Made by a program: the position numbers and the translations under genes
Assembly (NCBI GenBank): GCA_900234795.1
Contig: LT962688.1
Location: forward strand, 1,440,001 to 1,472,000
Source of the DNA: Methylorubrum extorquens
GTDB taxonomy: Bacteria; Pseudomonadota; Alphaproteobacteria; Rhizobiales; Beijerinckiaceae
DNA length: 32,000 nt
Direction of reading: 5' to 3'
The notes under the pieces: model-generated
Told to the model about the DNA's origin: nothing
What the model saw: the letters and a program-made list of their open reading frames with translations, nothing else
Databases searched by the model: none
In this document: positions 8,843 through 16,515 of the stretch, in pieces
Layout of the letters: each line of letters starts with the position of its first letter
Position numbering within the stretch: position 1 is the first letter of the stretch

Positions 8843-8949
8843 CCTAGAGCATCGTCCCGGATATCGGATCCGGGACGATGCTCTAGGCCCCTGTTTCTGC
8901 ATCGTCTTTTTCCGAAAGCCGGAGGCCACCTTTCGGGACGATGCTCTAG
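8843..8949. repeat. pair of palindromic intergenic elements sharing a GGGACGATGCTCTAG core
   Basis: A perfect 20-bp stem (8843-8862 CCTAGAGCATCGTCCCGGAT / 8868-8887) with a 5-nt loop. A second hairpin lies at 8899-8944 (GCATCGTC..CCGAAAG / CTTTCGG GACGATGC). The 15-mer GGGACGATGCTCTAG occurs at 8873-8887 and 8935-8949, and inverted at 8845-8859. Confidence 0.8.
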
Positions 8950-9000
8950 CGTCGGTGATCCGGTGCGATCCCTCTTCGAGCAAATGCCTTTCAGGGTTCG

Positions 9001-10566
9001 ATGATGCTCGGCGCCGTCTTCCACCTTGCCCGTGGCGCCCATGTCGGCTTCGTGCTCGCCCGTGAGGGCGGGCTGGCGCTGATCGATGCGGCGCAATTGC
9101 CGCCGCATCTGCGGCTCGCGCTGAAGCTCGGCCGCTCGCTGGAGCGGCGCGGCATCGCGGAGGCCCCCGGCGCGAGCCCGCTGGAACGGGCGCTGACCCG
9201 GCTCGGCCCCTCCTACGTCAAGTTCGGCCAGTTCCTCGCAACCCGCCCCGACATCGTCGGCATGGCCGCCGCGCGCGATCTGGAGCGGCTTCAGGACCGG
9301 GTTCCGCCCTTCCCGCAGGGGGTGGCGTTGCGCGTGGTCGAGCAGGAACTCGGCAAGCCGGTCCCGGCGCTGTTCACCGCCTTCAGCGAGCCGGTGGCCG
9401 CGGCCTCCATCGCTCAGGTCCACAAGGCGACGGTGCTCGACGCCGACGGCACGCAGCGCACGCTCGCGGTCAAGGTGATGCGGCCCGGCGTGCGCGAGCG
9501 GTTCGCGCGCGACATCCAGGCGATGCGGTTCATGGCCCGCATCGTCAACGCGCTCCTGCCCGATGCCGAGCGGCTGCGTCCGCGGGAGGTGGTCGAGATC
9601 CTGGCCCGCTCCGTCACCATGGAGATGGACCTTCGCCTCGAGGCGGCGGCGATGTCGGAACTCGCGCAGAACACCGCGGGCGACGCGGATTTCCGCACGC
9701 CGCGCCCCGAATGGGCCCTGACCTCGCGGGACGTGCTGACGAGCGAGTGGATCGACGGCGTGCGCCTCAACGACCGCCCCGGCATCGTCGCGGCGGGCCA
9801 CGACCCGAAGGCGCTCGGCCGCACGGTGATCCAGTCCTTTCTGCGCCAGGCGATCCGCGACGGATTCTTCCACGCCGACATGCATCCGGGGAACCTGTTC
9901 GTCGATCCGCAGGGGCGGCTCGTCGCGGTGGATTTCGGCATCATGGGCCGGCTCGGCCATGCCGAGCGGCGCTTCCTCGCCGAGATCCTGCTCGGCTTCA
10001 TCACCCGCGATTATCGCCGCGTCGCCCAGGTGCATTTCGAGGCGGGCTACGTGCCGCGCCACCATTCGGTGGACGATTTCGCGCAGGCCATCCGGGCGAT
10101 CGGCGAGCCGATCCACCAGCGCCGGGCCGACGAGATCTCGATGGCCAAGGTGCTCACGCTCTTGTTCGACGTGACCGCCCTGTTCGACATGAGCACCCGC
10201 ACCGAGCTGGTGATGCTGCAGAAGACTATGGTGGTGGTGGAGGGCGTCGCCCGCTCGCTCGATCCGCAGCTCGACATGTGGACCGGCGCCGAACCGGTCG
10301 TGCGCTCCTGGATCACCCGCCATCTCGGCCCCGTCGGCCGGATCGAGGGCGGCGCCCGCGCGGCGCTGACCCTCGCCGAGGTCGTCTCCGACATCCCCGA
10401 CATCGCCCAGCGCATCCGCCGCATCATGATCCGCCTCGACGAGGAGGGCTCGCGCGACGTTCAGGTGATAGAACGGATCGCCCGGCTGGAACGGCGACGC
10501 GCGATCTGGTCGACCCTGGCCCTGTGGGGGATCGCGGTGGGGGCACTGGTGCTGGCCTTCCGGTGA
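9001..10566 (+). CDS. ubiB: UbiB (ABC1 atypical kinase family) ubiquinone biosynthesis protein
   Basis: 521 aa. Motifs KFGQFLATRPDIVG, AAASIAQVHKA, HADMHPGNLFV and VDFGIMG, plus a C-terminal hydrophobic helix. ubiE-ubiB synteny. Confidence 0.95.
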   Translation: MMLGAVFHLARGAHVGFVLAREGGLALIDAAQLPPHLRLALKLGRSLERRGIAEAPGASPLERALTRLGPSYVKFGQFLATRPDIVGMAAARDLERLQDRVPPFPQGVALRVVEQELGKPVPALFTAFSEPVAAASIAQVHKATVLDADGTQRTLAVKVMRPGVRERFARDIQAMRFMARIVNALLPDAERLRPREVVEILARSVTMEMDLRLEAAAMSELAQNTAGDADFRTPRPEWALTSRDVLTSEWIDGVRLNDRPGIVAAGHDPKALGRTVIQSFLRQAIRDGFFHADMHPGNLFVDPQGRLVAVDFGIMGRLGHAERRFLAEILLGFITRDYRRVAQVHFEAGYVPRHHSVDDFAQAIRAIGEPIHQRRADEISMAKVLTLLFDVTALFDMSTRTELVMLQKTMVVVEGVARSLDPQLDMWTGAEPVVRSWITRHLGPVGRIEGGARAALTLAEVVSDIPDIAQRIRRIMIRLDEEGSRDVQVIERIARLERRRAIWSTLALWGIAVGALVLAFR

Positions 10567-10617
10567 GAGATCTTCTCGCACCTTGACGCGCGCCCTACGA
10601 TTCCCCGTTCTGCCCTC

Positions 10618-11907
10618 ATGTCTTCTCCGTCCCCAAAACCCCTCGCCGGCCGCCGCATCCTCCTGATCGTCGGCGGCGGCATCGCCGCCTACAAGGCGCT
10701 CGACCTGATCCGGCGCCTGCGCGAGCGCGGGGCGCAGGTGCGTCCGCTGCTGACCGACTCGGCCCAAGAGTTCGTCACGCCGCTGGCCGCCGCCGCGCTG
10801 GCCGGGGAGCGGACCCATACCGACCTGTTCGACCGGGAGAGCGAGGCCGATATCGGCCATATCAAGCTCGCCCGGGACGCCGACGCCATCGTGGTGGCGC
10901 CGGCCACCGCCAACCTGATGGCGCGGATGGCGACCGGCCACGCGCCGGACCTCGCCTCGACGGTGCTGCTCGCCACCACCCTGCCGATCCTGATCGCCCC
11001 GGCCATGAACGTGCGGATGTGGCTGCACCGGGCCACGCAGCGGAACCTCGCGACCCTGCAGGCCGACGGCGTCGCGGTGATCGGGCCCAATGAGGGCGCG
11101 ATGGCCGAGGCTGAGTTCGGCCCCGGGCGGCTGGCCGAGCCGCACGAGATCGCCGACGCGCTCGAAGCCCTGCTGGCGCAGCGGTCGGGGGGGGCCAAGG
11201 CCTGGGATTCCTGGCCGGCCGCGAAACGCCAAAAAAACCGATGGTGGGGCGGCACGTGCTCGTCACCTCGGGCCCGACCCACGAGCCGATCGATCCGGTG
11301 CGCTACCTCGCCAACCGCTCCTCGGGGCGGCAAGGCCACGCGGTCGCCGCCGCCGCGGCCGAGGCGGGCGCCCGCGTCACCCTGGTCTCGGGGCCGGTGG
11401 CGATCCCCGATCCGGCGGGCGTTACCGTGGTGCGGGTCGAGAGCGCCCGCGAGATGCTCGCCGCGGTCGAGGCGGCCCTGCCCGCCGATCTCGCGATCTT
11501 CGCCGCCGCGGTCGGCGACTGGCGGCCGGCCGAGACCCGGGCGGGCAAGATCAAGAAGGACGGCAGCACGCCCGCCCCCCTGCAGCTCGTCGAGAATCCG
11601 GACATCCTCGCCACCATCGCCGGCCGGAGCGCGGGGCGCCCGCCCCCTCGTCGTAGGCTTTGCCGCCGAGACCGACGACGTGATCGTGAACGCGCAGAAG
11701 AAGATCGCGCGGAAGGGCTGCGACTGGATCGTGGCCAACGACGTCTCGGCGGAGGGCGGGGTCATGGGCGGCACCGAGAACACCGTCCACCTCGTCGCCC
11801 GCGACGGCGGCAGCAGTGTCGAGACTTGGCCGAAGCTCGGCAAGGAGGAGGTCGCACGGCGGCTGGTTGCGCGGTTTGCGGAATTGCTCGCGGCAAAGTC
11901 CGCCTGA
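10618..11907 (+). pseudogene. coaBC: bifunctional phosphopantothenoylcysteine decarboxylase / phosphopantothenate-cysteine ligase (CoaBC), carrying two compensating frameshifts (probably sequencing errors)
   Basis: The CoaC flavoprotein N-terminus (RILLIVGGGIAAYKALDLIRRL, APATANLMARMATG) and the extreme C-terminus (LVVGFAAETDDVIVNAQKKIARKGCDWIVANDVS) are in the frame of 10618. The conserved CoaB core (GRHVLVTSGPTHEPIDPVRYLANRSSGRQGHAVA...) is in the frame of ORF 11241-11948. The switch points lie at a G8 run (11187-11194) or A7 run (11231-11237), and at a C5 run (11643-11647). Confidence 0.9.
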
Positions 11908-12106
11908 ACATCTCCGGCCCCTCGGAGCGTATTCGCGGTTCGGCATGAGCCTCTGCGGCCGTTGCGCGGCAATCATACCGCGACCGTCCGGCGAGCGGAA
12001 ATGTTCCCGCGCAAAAGACCTTTAAGTTTTCTTCTGCTCAGCTTGCCCTCTTCGGCCCCGTGCCCAGATCTTCCTCCACGTCATTCACAGCGACAGGAGC
12101 GATATC

Positions 12107-12556
12107 ATGGCCAAGGCCGACCGGCACAGCATGGGCCCCGGCGCGCAGGGCAAGGGCGACGGCAGCGGCGCCATGACCGATCTGCCCGAGGGCATCCTCG
12201 GCGAGAACGAGGTGCTGAGCAACCGCGACAAGTCCCGGCACACCGACCAGCGCGGCCTCGACAGCCGCCACGTCCAGACCGAGCAGTACCACGACCATGT
12301 CGGCGCCCGCCAAGACGGAGGCCGCACCGGCGAGGAAGAGGCCAAATTCGAGCGGCCCGGCCGGGCCGATGACGAACACCTCGGGCGACGCCAGCAGCCT
12401 GCGCGCAAAGCAGCGGGGCTGAGCCCCTGCATCGAGGGGAGGGCGGGGGCAGCGCGCGCCCGGCCCTCCCTCCCCCGGCCGGCGGCCGCGGCTCAGATCG
12501 AGCGCAGGAACAGGGCGGTCGCGGCGGCGCGGCGGATGAAGGCGTTGCGTGCGTAG
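12107..12556 (+). CDS. small hydrophilic hypothetical protein (3' end uncertain; possible frameshift near 12300, alternative stop at 12420-12422)
   Basis: Good SD (AGGAG 7 nt before ATG 12107) and strong GC3 bias for about the first 65 codons (MAKADRHSMGPGAQGKGDGSGAMTDLPEGILGENEVLSNRDKSRHTD...). After about 12300 a different forward frame (position mod 3 = 0, versus mod 3 = 2 for the start at 12107) has the better GC3 (..APAKTEAAPARKRPNSSGPAGPMTNTSGDASSLRAKQRG*). It stops at 12420-12422, just before a GC-rich hairpin. As drawn, the track ORF overlaps the convergent gene by 64 nt. Confidence 0.45.
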   Translation: MAKADRHSMGPGAQGKGDGSGAMTDLPEGILGENEVLSNRDKSRHTDQRGLDSRHVQTEQYHDHVGARQDGGRTGEEEAKFERPGRADDEHLGRRQQPARKAAGLSPCIEGRAGAARARPSLPRPAAAAQIERRNRAVAAARRMKALRA

Positions 12557-13497
12557 ATCCAGGTCGGACCGCTCTGGATCACGTTGCGGCTCAAGGCCCG
12601 CTTGAAATCGAAGACGCCGCGGTTCCCGGCCGGATCGACACCGCCGAAATCGAAGCGGCGGGCGCCCTCCTGCCGGGCGCGCTCGATGATCCGCCAGACG
12701 GCGAGGGTGGCGGCACCGGTCGATCGTGCCCGCTCGTCCGAGGCCGTGAAGAAATCGGTCCACACGGCCCGCGCGGTGTGGACGATGCGCACCAGGATCG
12801 GCTCTCCGCCCTGGCGGATTTCGAGGAAGAGCAGGTGCGGATCGGACGCCGCAAGGTCGCGATAGGCGGCCGTGTCGAGGCCGCTCGAGAAGCCCTTGCG
12901 CTGCTGGAGGGCGGCATACATCCGCACGAAGGTGTCGAAGGCCCGCAGCCGCTCGTCCCGGTCCGTGAGGAAGACGGCGGTGAGATCGGGCTGTCCCGTC
13001 GCCTTGTTGACCTCGCGCCGCCAGCGCCGGTCGGCCGCGGCCAGGATCGCGTCCGTGTCCGGTGTCAGGTCGAGTTCGATCGTGTGATCCATCGCCGTCA
13101 CGACGGGCACGAAGCCGTGCGACAGCAGGGCGGTGACCCCCTCTGGATCCTGAGGCCGGTAGCTCTTCACCGCGAGCAGGTCCGCCGGGCGCAGGGCGAG
13201 ATGGTCGATGAAGGCGGCGAGCACCGCTTCCGCCCGGAACTGCCCGCGGGCGGTGAGGACCGCCCCCCCCTGCACGAGGATCCGACGCACGGGGCCGGTG
13301 CAGCGCTCCTGGTACTGGATGTAGGCGAGATCCGCGCCGTTGTCGTTCAGCGCGACCTGCCGGACGGTCCAGCCGAGCCGGCTCTTGTACTGGCCCCAGC
13401 TCCGGGACGCGTAGAGGTTGGCGGCCGGCTGCTGCCAGAGGATTTCATCCCAATCCTCGGCCCCCGAACGGTCGATGACCGCGACCTGAGCTGTCAT
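12493..13497 (-). CDS. FemAB-like / GNAT-fold acyl(aminoacyl)transferase family protein
   Basis: 334 aa starting at ATG 13497. The two-lobed GNAT-like layout resembles FemAB / lipid II:glycine glycyltransferase-type proteins (LYASRSWGQYKSRLGW...; C-terminal ...GARRFDFGGVDPAGNRGVFDFKRAL). The family call is by recalled pattern, not a search. Confidence 0.7.
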   Translation of the reverse strand: MTAQVAVIDRSGAEDWDEILWQQPAANLYASRSWGQYKSRLGWTVRQVALNDNGADLAYIQYQERCTGPVRRILVQGGAVLTARGQFRAEAVLAAFIDHLALRPADLLAVKSYRPQDPEGVTALLSHGFVPVVTAMDHTIELDLTPDTDAILAAADRRWRREVNKATGQPDLTAVFLTDRDERLRAFDTFVRMYAALQQRKGFSSGLDTAAYRDLAASDPHLLFLEIRQGGEPILVRIVHTARAVWTDFFTASDERARSTGAATLAVWRIIERARQEGARRFDFGGVDPAGNRGVFDFKRALSRNVIQSGPTWIYARNAFIRRAAATALFLRSI

Positions 13498-13836
13498 GAA
13501 CCGCCCTCTCCTGTCCGCTCGCTCTCTCCGCCAGCCGGACGACGTCTCTCGAGCGCGTGCCCGACGTCTCGATCAGGCTTGCGCGATCAGGCTTGGCGGT
13601 ATCGTGCTCCGATGCGCAACGCCATCGCAAGCGAATGTATCCGCTCGCCGGAGCCCCTTGCGTAGTCTGCGCCGGCCGCGACAGGCGCATGACGCTGCGG
13701 CCAGGAAACCGGTTGATGAAACGGGTTCAGGAAACGGCTTGCGGCCGGAGGAGACGGGCGGCTTGATGCGGAGCGCGGGTGAGATCGCGCCATCGCTGCA
13801 AGTGGCTGTGAAGACGCCGCGCCGGGGAGGATCGTC

Positions 13837-14874
13837 ATGGCGGATGAGAGCGAATCGGCGGGCGCGCGGGCGGAACGGCTGGCGCGGTTCCAGCCGGCCT
13901 CGGGGATGCTGACACCACGCTTCTCGGGCCTTGCGAGCTTCATGCGGCTGCCGGTGCTCGATCCCGCCGAGGCGATGGGAGAAGGGGTCGGCGAAGGGGC
14001 TGGCGAAGGGACTGGACTGGTCGAGATCGGCCTGATCGGCATCCCCTTCGACGGCACCACCACCAACCGCCCCGGCGCCCGGCTCGGGCCGCGGGCCGTG
14101 CGCGAGGCCTCCACCGGCACGCGGGCGCTCAACCACGCCACGGGGGTGGCGCCCTACGCCCTGGCGGCCTGCGCCGATCTCGGCGACGTGCCGGTCAACC
14201 CGGTGGACGCCGCCGAGACCGCACGGCGGATCGAGGCGTTCTACCGGCCGCTCGCCGAGGCCGGGATCGTGCCGCTAACGGTCGGCGGCGACCATTTCAT
14301 CACCTATCCGGTGCTGCGGGCGCTCGGGGCCGCCCAGCCGCTCGGGCTGATCCATATCGACGCTCACAGCGACACCGACGACTCCCAGTATGGCGGGGCG
14401 CGGCTCACCCACGGCACGCCGTTCCGGCGCGCGGTCGAGGACGGGGTGCTCGACCCGCGGCGCTGCATCCAGATCGGCATCCGCGGCAGCATGGATGCGG
14501 CCGACGAGCGCGACTGGGCCCTGGCGCAGGGCATGCGCATCCTCACGATGGAGGAGGTCTGCGCCCGCGGCCTGCCGGAGGTGGCCGCGGAAGCCCGCGC
14601 CGTGACCGGCGACGGCCCGACCTATCTCAGCTTCGACATCGATGCCCTCGATCCCGCCTTCGCCCCCGGCACTGGCACGCCGGAGATCGGCGGCTTCACC
14701 ACCCGCGAGGCGCTGCACTTGCTGCGGGCCCTGCGCGGCCTCGATCTCGTCGGGGCGGATGTGGTGGAGGTCGCCCCTCCGCTCGATTCCGCCGGCATCA
14801 CGGCTTTGGCGGGCGCCGGCATCGCCTTCGAGATCCTGTGCCTGCTGGCCGAGCGGGTCGCCGCACGGCACTGA
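13837..14874 (+). CDS. agmatinase / ureohydrolase (arginase) family protein
   Basis: 345 aa with SD GGAGG 7 nt upstream. Mn-binding arginase-family motifs are present: GIPFDGTTTNRPGARLGPRAVR, GGDHFITYP, IHIDAHSDT and SFDIDALDPAFAPGTGTPEIGG. Substrate (agmatine versus guanidino acids) cannot be told from sequence alone. Confidence 0.9.
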   Translation: MADESESAGARAERLARFQPASGMLTPRFSGLASFMRLPVLDPAEAMGEGVGEGAGEGTGLVEIGLIGIPFDGTTTNRPGARLGPRAVREASTGTRALNHATGVAPYALAACADLGDVPVNPVDAAETARRIEAFYRPLAEAGIVPLTVGGDHFITYPVLRALGAAQPLGLIHIDAHSDTDDSQYGGARLTHGTPFRRAVEDGVLDPRRCIQIGIRGSMDAADERDWALAQGMRILTMEEVCARGLPEVAAEARAVTGDGPTYLSFDIDALDPAFAPGTGTPEIGGFTTREALHLLRALRGLDLVGADVVEVAPPLDSAGITALAGAGIAFEILCLLAERVAARH

Positions 14875-14943
14875 CCGGCTCGAAAGACGGGACCCGCGAA
14901 AAGGAGAGCCCTGGTTTGGAGGGATGCCGTTCGGAATCCCGGA

Positions 14944-16101
14944 TCAGCTCCGCACGGACGGTCCGCCCGCGGCGTCGCCGGCGCGGAAGATGATCGGGCG
15001 GTAGACCCTGAGCAGGTCGGGATCGAGCTGGCCGGCCTGGGCCTGCATGATCGCGGCGGCCTCGGCGGCGGGCAGCGGCGGCCGGTAGACCCGGCGCTCG
15101 GTCAGGGCCGAGTGGACGTCGCAGATCGCCACGAGCCGCACGAGATCGCTGGTCCGCGCGCCCTTCAGGCCCTCGGGATAGCCAGACCCGTCGAGGCGCT
15201 CGTGGTGATAGCGCACCACGTCGAGGATCTCGGGCTCGAAGGCGGCCTCCTGGGCCAGCAGGTCGGCGCCGAGCGCGGCATGGGTGCGCATCACCGTCAT
15301 CTCGTCGGGCGTGAGGGGGCCCGGCTTGTTGAGGATGGCATGGGGGATCAGCGCCTTGCCGACATCGTGCAGCAGCGCGGCCTTGGCGAGCCGCTGCCGG
15401 TCGCCCCGGGAGAAGCCGAGTTCGGCGGCGAAGGCGGCCGCGAAGCCCGCGACGCTCAAGGAGTGCTGGTAGACCTGGATGTCGTGGCGCCAGACGAGGT
15501 CGAGCCAGGTGCGGATGCCGACCTCGGAGACCGTGTCGAGCACGATCCGCGTGCCTTCCTCGGCCTCCTCGGGGCTCGGGGGCCGGCCGGTGGCCGCCTT
15601 GTCGAACAGGCGGGTGACGAGGGTGGTGGCCCGCTCCACCCGCAGTTCGGGGCTTACGCCGCCCGGTTTCCGCGCCTTGTCGGATGAGCCTCCCCTCGCC
15701 TTTCCCTCCGCGACGAGGCGGATGAGCGTCGGGACGATGCCGGCGGACTGGCGCGGATCGATCACCGTCGGCGTGCCGAGCAGACGCACGGCCGCCGTGT
15801 CTTGGACGGCATTGCCGCGGGCGAGATAGAGACAGGGCAGCCCGCTCTCGCGAATGCGCTCGGCGAGCCACATGATCCAGGCACTTCCCCGATCGGCCGC
15901 GAGATCGGTGGCGAGATCGACGACGAAGGCGATCGGCCGGTCGGCGGGCAGGGCCGCGCCGGGCTCGACGACCCGGCAGGGCAGGACCAGGGCGATGCCG
16001 CGGGCAAGGCGCTCCGCCCGCTCGCGGCGGTCCGAGACGAGGACGACGACGTCCTCGCGTTGCACTCCCTGACGCTCGTGTCGGTCCCGAGGTTCCTGCA
16101 T
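14944..16101 (-). CDS. HD-GYP domain c-di-GMP phosphodiesterase with a receiver-like N-terminal domain
   Basis: 385 aa starting at ATG 16101. Contains HDVGKALIP...HHERLDGSGYPEGLKG (HD and GYP motifs). The N-terminal ~120 aa have a CheY-like alternating pattern (VVVLVSD..., IAFVVDLA...). Confidence 0.9.
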   Translation of the reverse strand: MQEPRDRHERQGVQREDVVVLVSDRRERAERLARGIALVLPCRVVEPGAALPADRPIAFVVDLATDLAADRGSAWIMWLAERIRESGLPCLYLARGNAVQDTAAVRLLGTPTVIDPRQSAGIVPTLIRLVAEGKARGGSSDKARKPGGVSPELRVERATTLVTRLFDKAATGRPPSPEEAEEGTRIVLDTVSEVGIRTWLDLVWRHDIQVYQHSLSVAGFAAAFAAELGFSRGDRQRLAKAALLHDVGKALIPHAILNKPGPLTPDEMTVMRTHAALGADLLAQEAAFEPEILDVVRYHHERLDGSGYPEGLKGARTSDLVRLVAICDVHSALTERRVYRPPLPAAEAAAIMQAQAGQLDPDLLRVYRPIIFRAGDAAGGPSVRS

Positions 16102-16515
16102 CGGTCATCCGTGGCCGCGAGGCCAGTGGCGGACTCGAAGCGTATCTTGGCCGCTTACATCAAAAGCGTTGAGAAATGCTTCGCACCATCTTGATGGTAC
16201 AACCCTGACGTATTCGCACGGTGCCATGCTTCGCCACCGGGGCGATGCCGCCGAGCCTCCGTTCACTCCGCAGCGATTTCGATGGCGGGTCAGGGAATCA
16301 CGCTTGCAGGACGCGTGCCGAGCCCGAGCACAAGGGTCGTCAGGCCCGCGCCATGGGCGCGTTACTTAAGGTTGCTCGGGTTCTCGGCGTGATCACCGGC
16401 CCCGGTCACGGGCCCGTTGTCGTTCCGGAGGCGGCGTGGCGGGTGCTTCGTGAGAGACGCCTCGGCCGCGCGAATTCGGCACCCTGATGCCCCCATTCGT
16501 CACCCGGAGCCCGGA

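Noticed and set aside
8716-11232. 838-aa minus-strand ORF opposite ubiB and coaBC; similar long ORFs at 6566-7780, 10689-11972, 14798-16108, 16984-18972, 19587-20840, 21510-22745 and 27950-28918
   Set aside because: All are antisense or out-of-frame shadows of genes with clear family motifs. They are low-complexity and lack start-site signals.
13704-13740. Possible mini-ykkC (guanidine-II) riboswitch upstream of the agmatinase-family gene, because of ACGG-containing repeats
   Set aside because: The putative stems are only 4 AT-rich base pairs (TGAA/TTCA) with 5-nt loops, unlike the GC-clamped ACGR tetraloop hairpins of that class. Direct-repeat protein-binding sites are a simpler reading.
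16102-16515. Possible small gene or sRNA in the 414-bp spacer upstream of the HD-GYP gene (ORFs 16169-16369 and 16221-16487)
   Set aside because: The ORFs have low or mixed GC3 and no SD. The only structure is a short CGCGCC-ATG-GGCGCG palindrome without a U-tract. There is nothing positive to support a feature.
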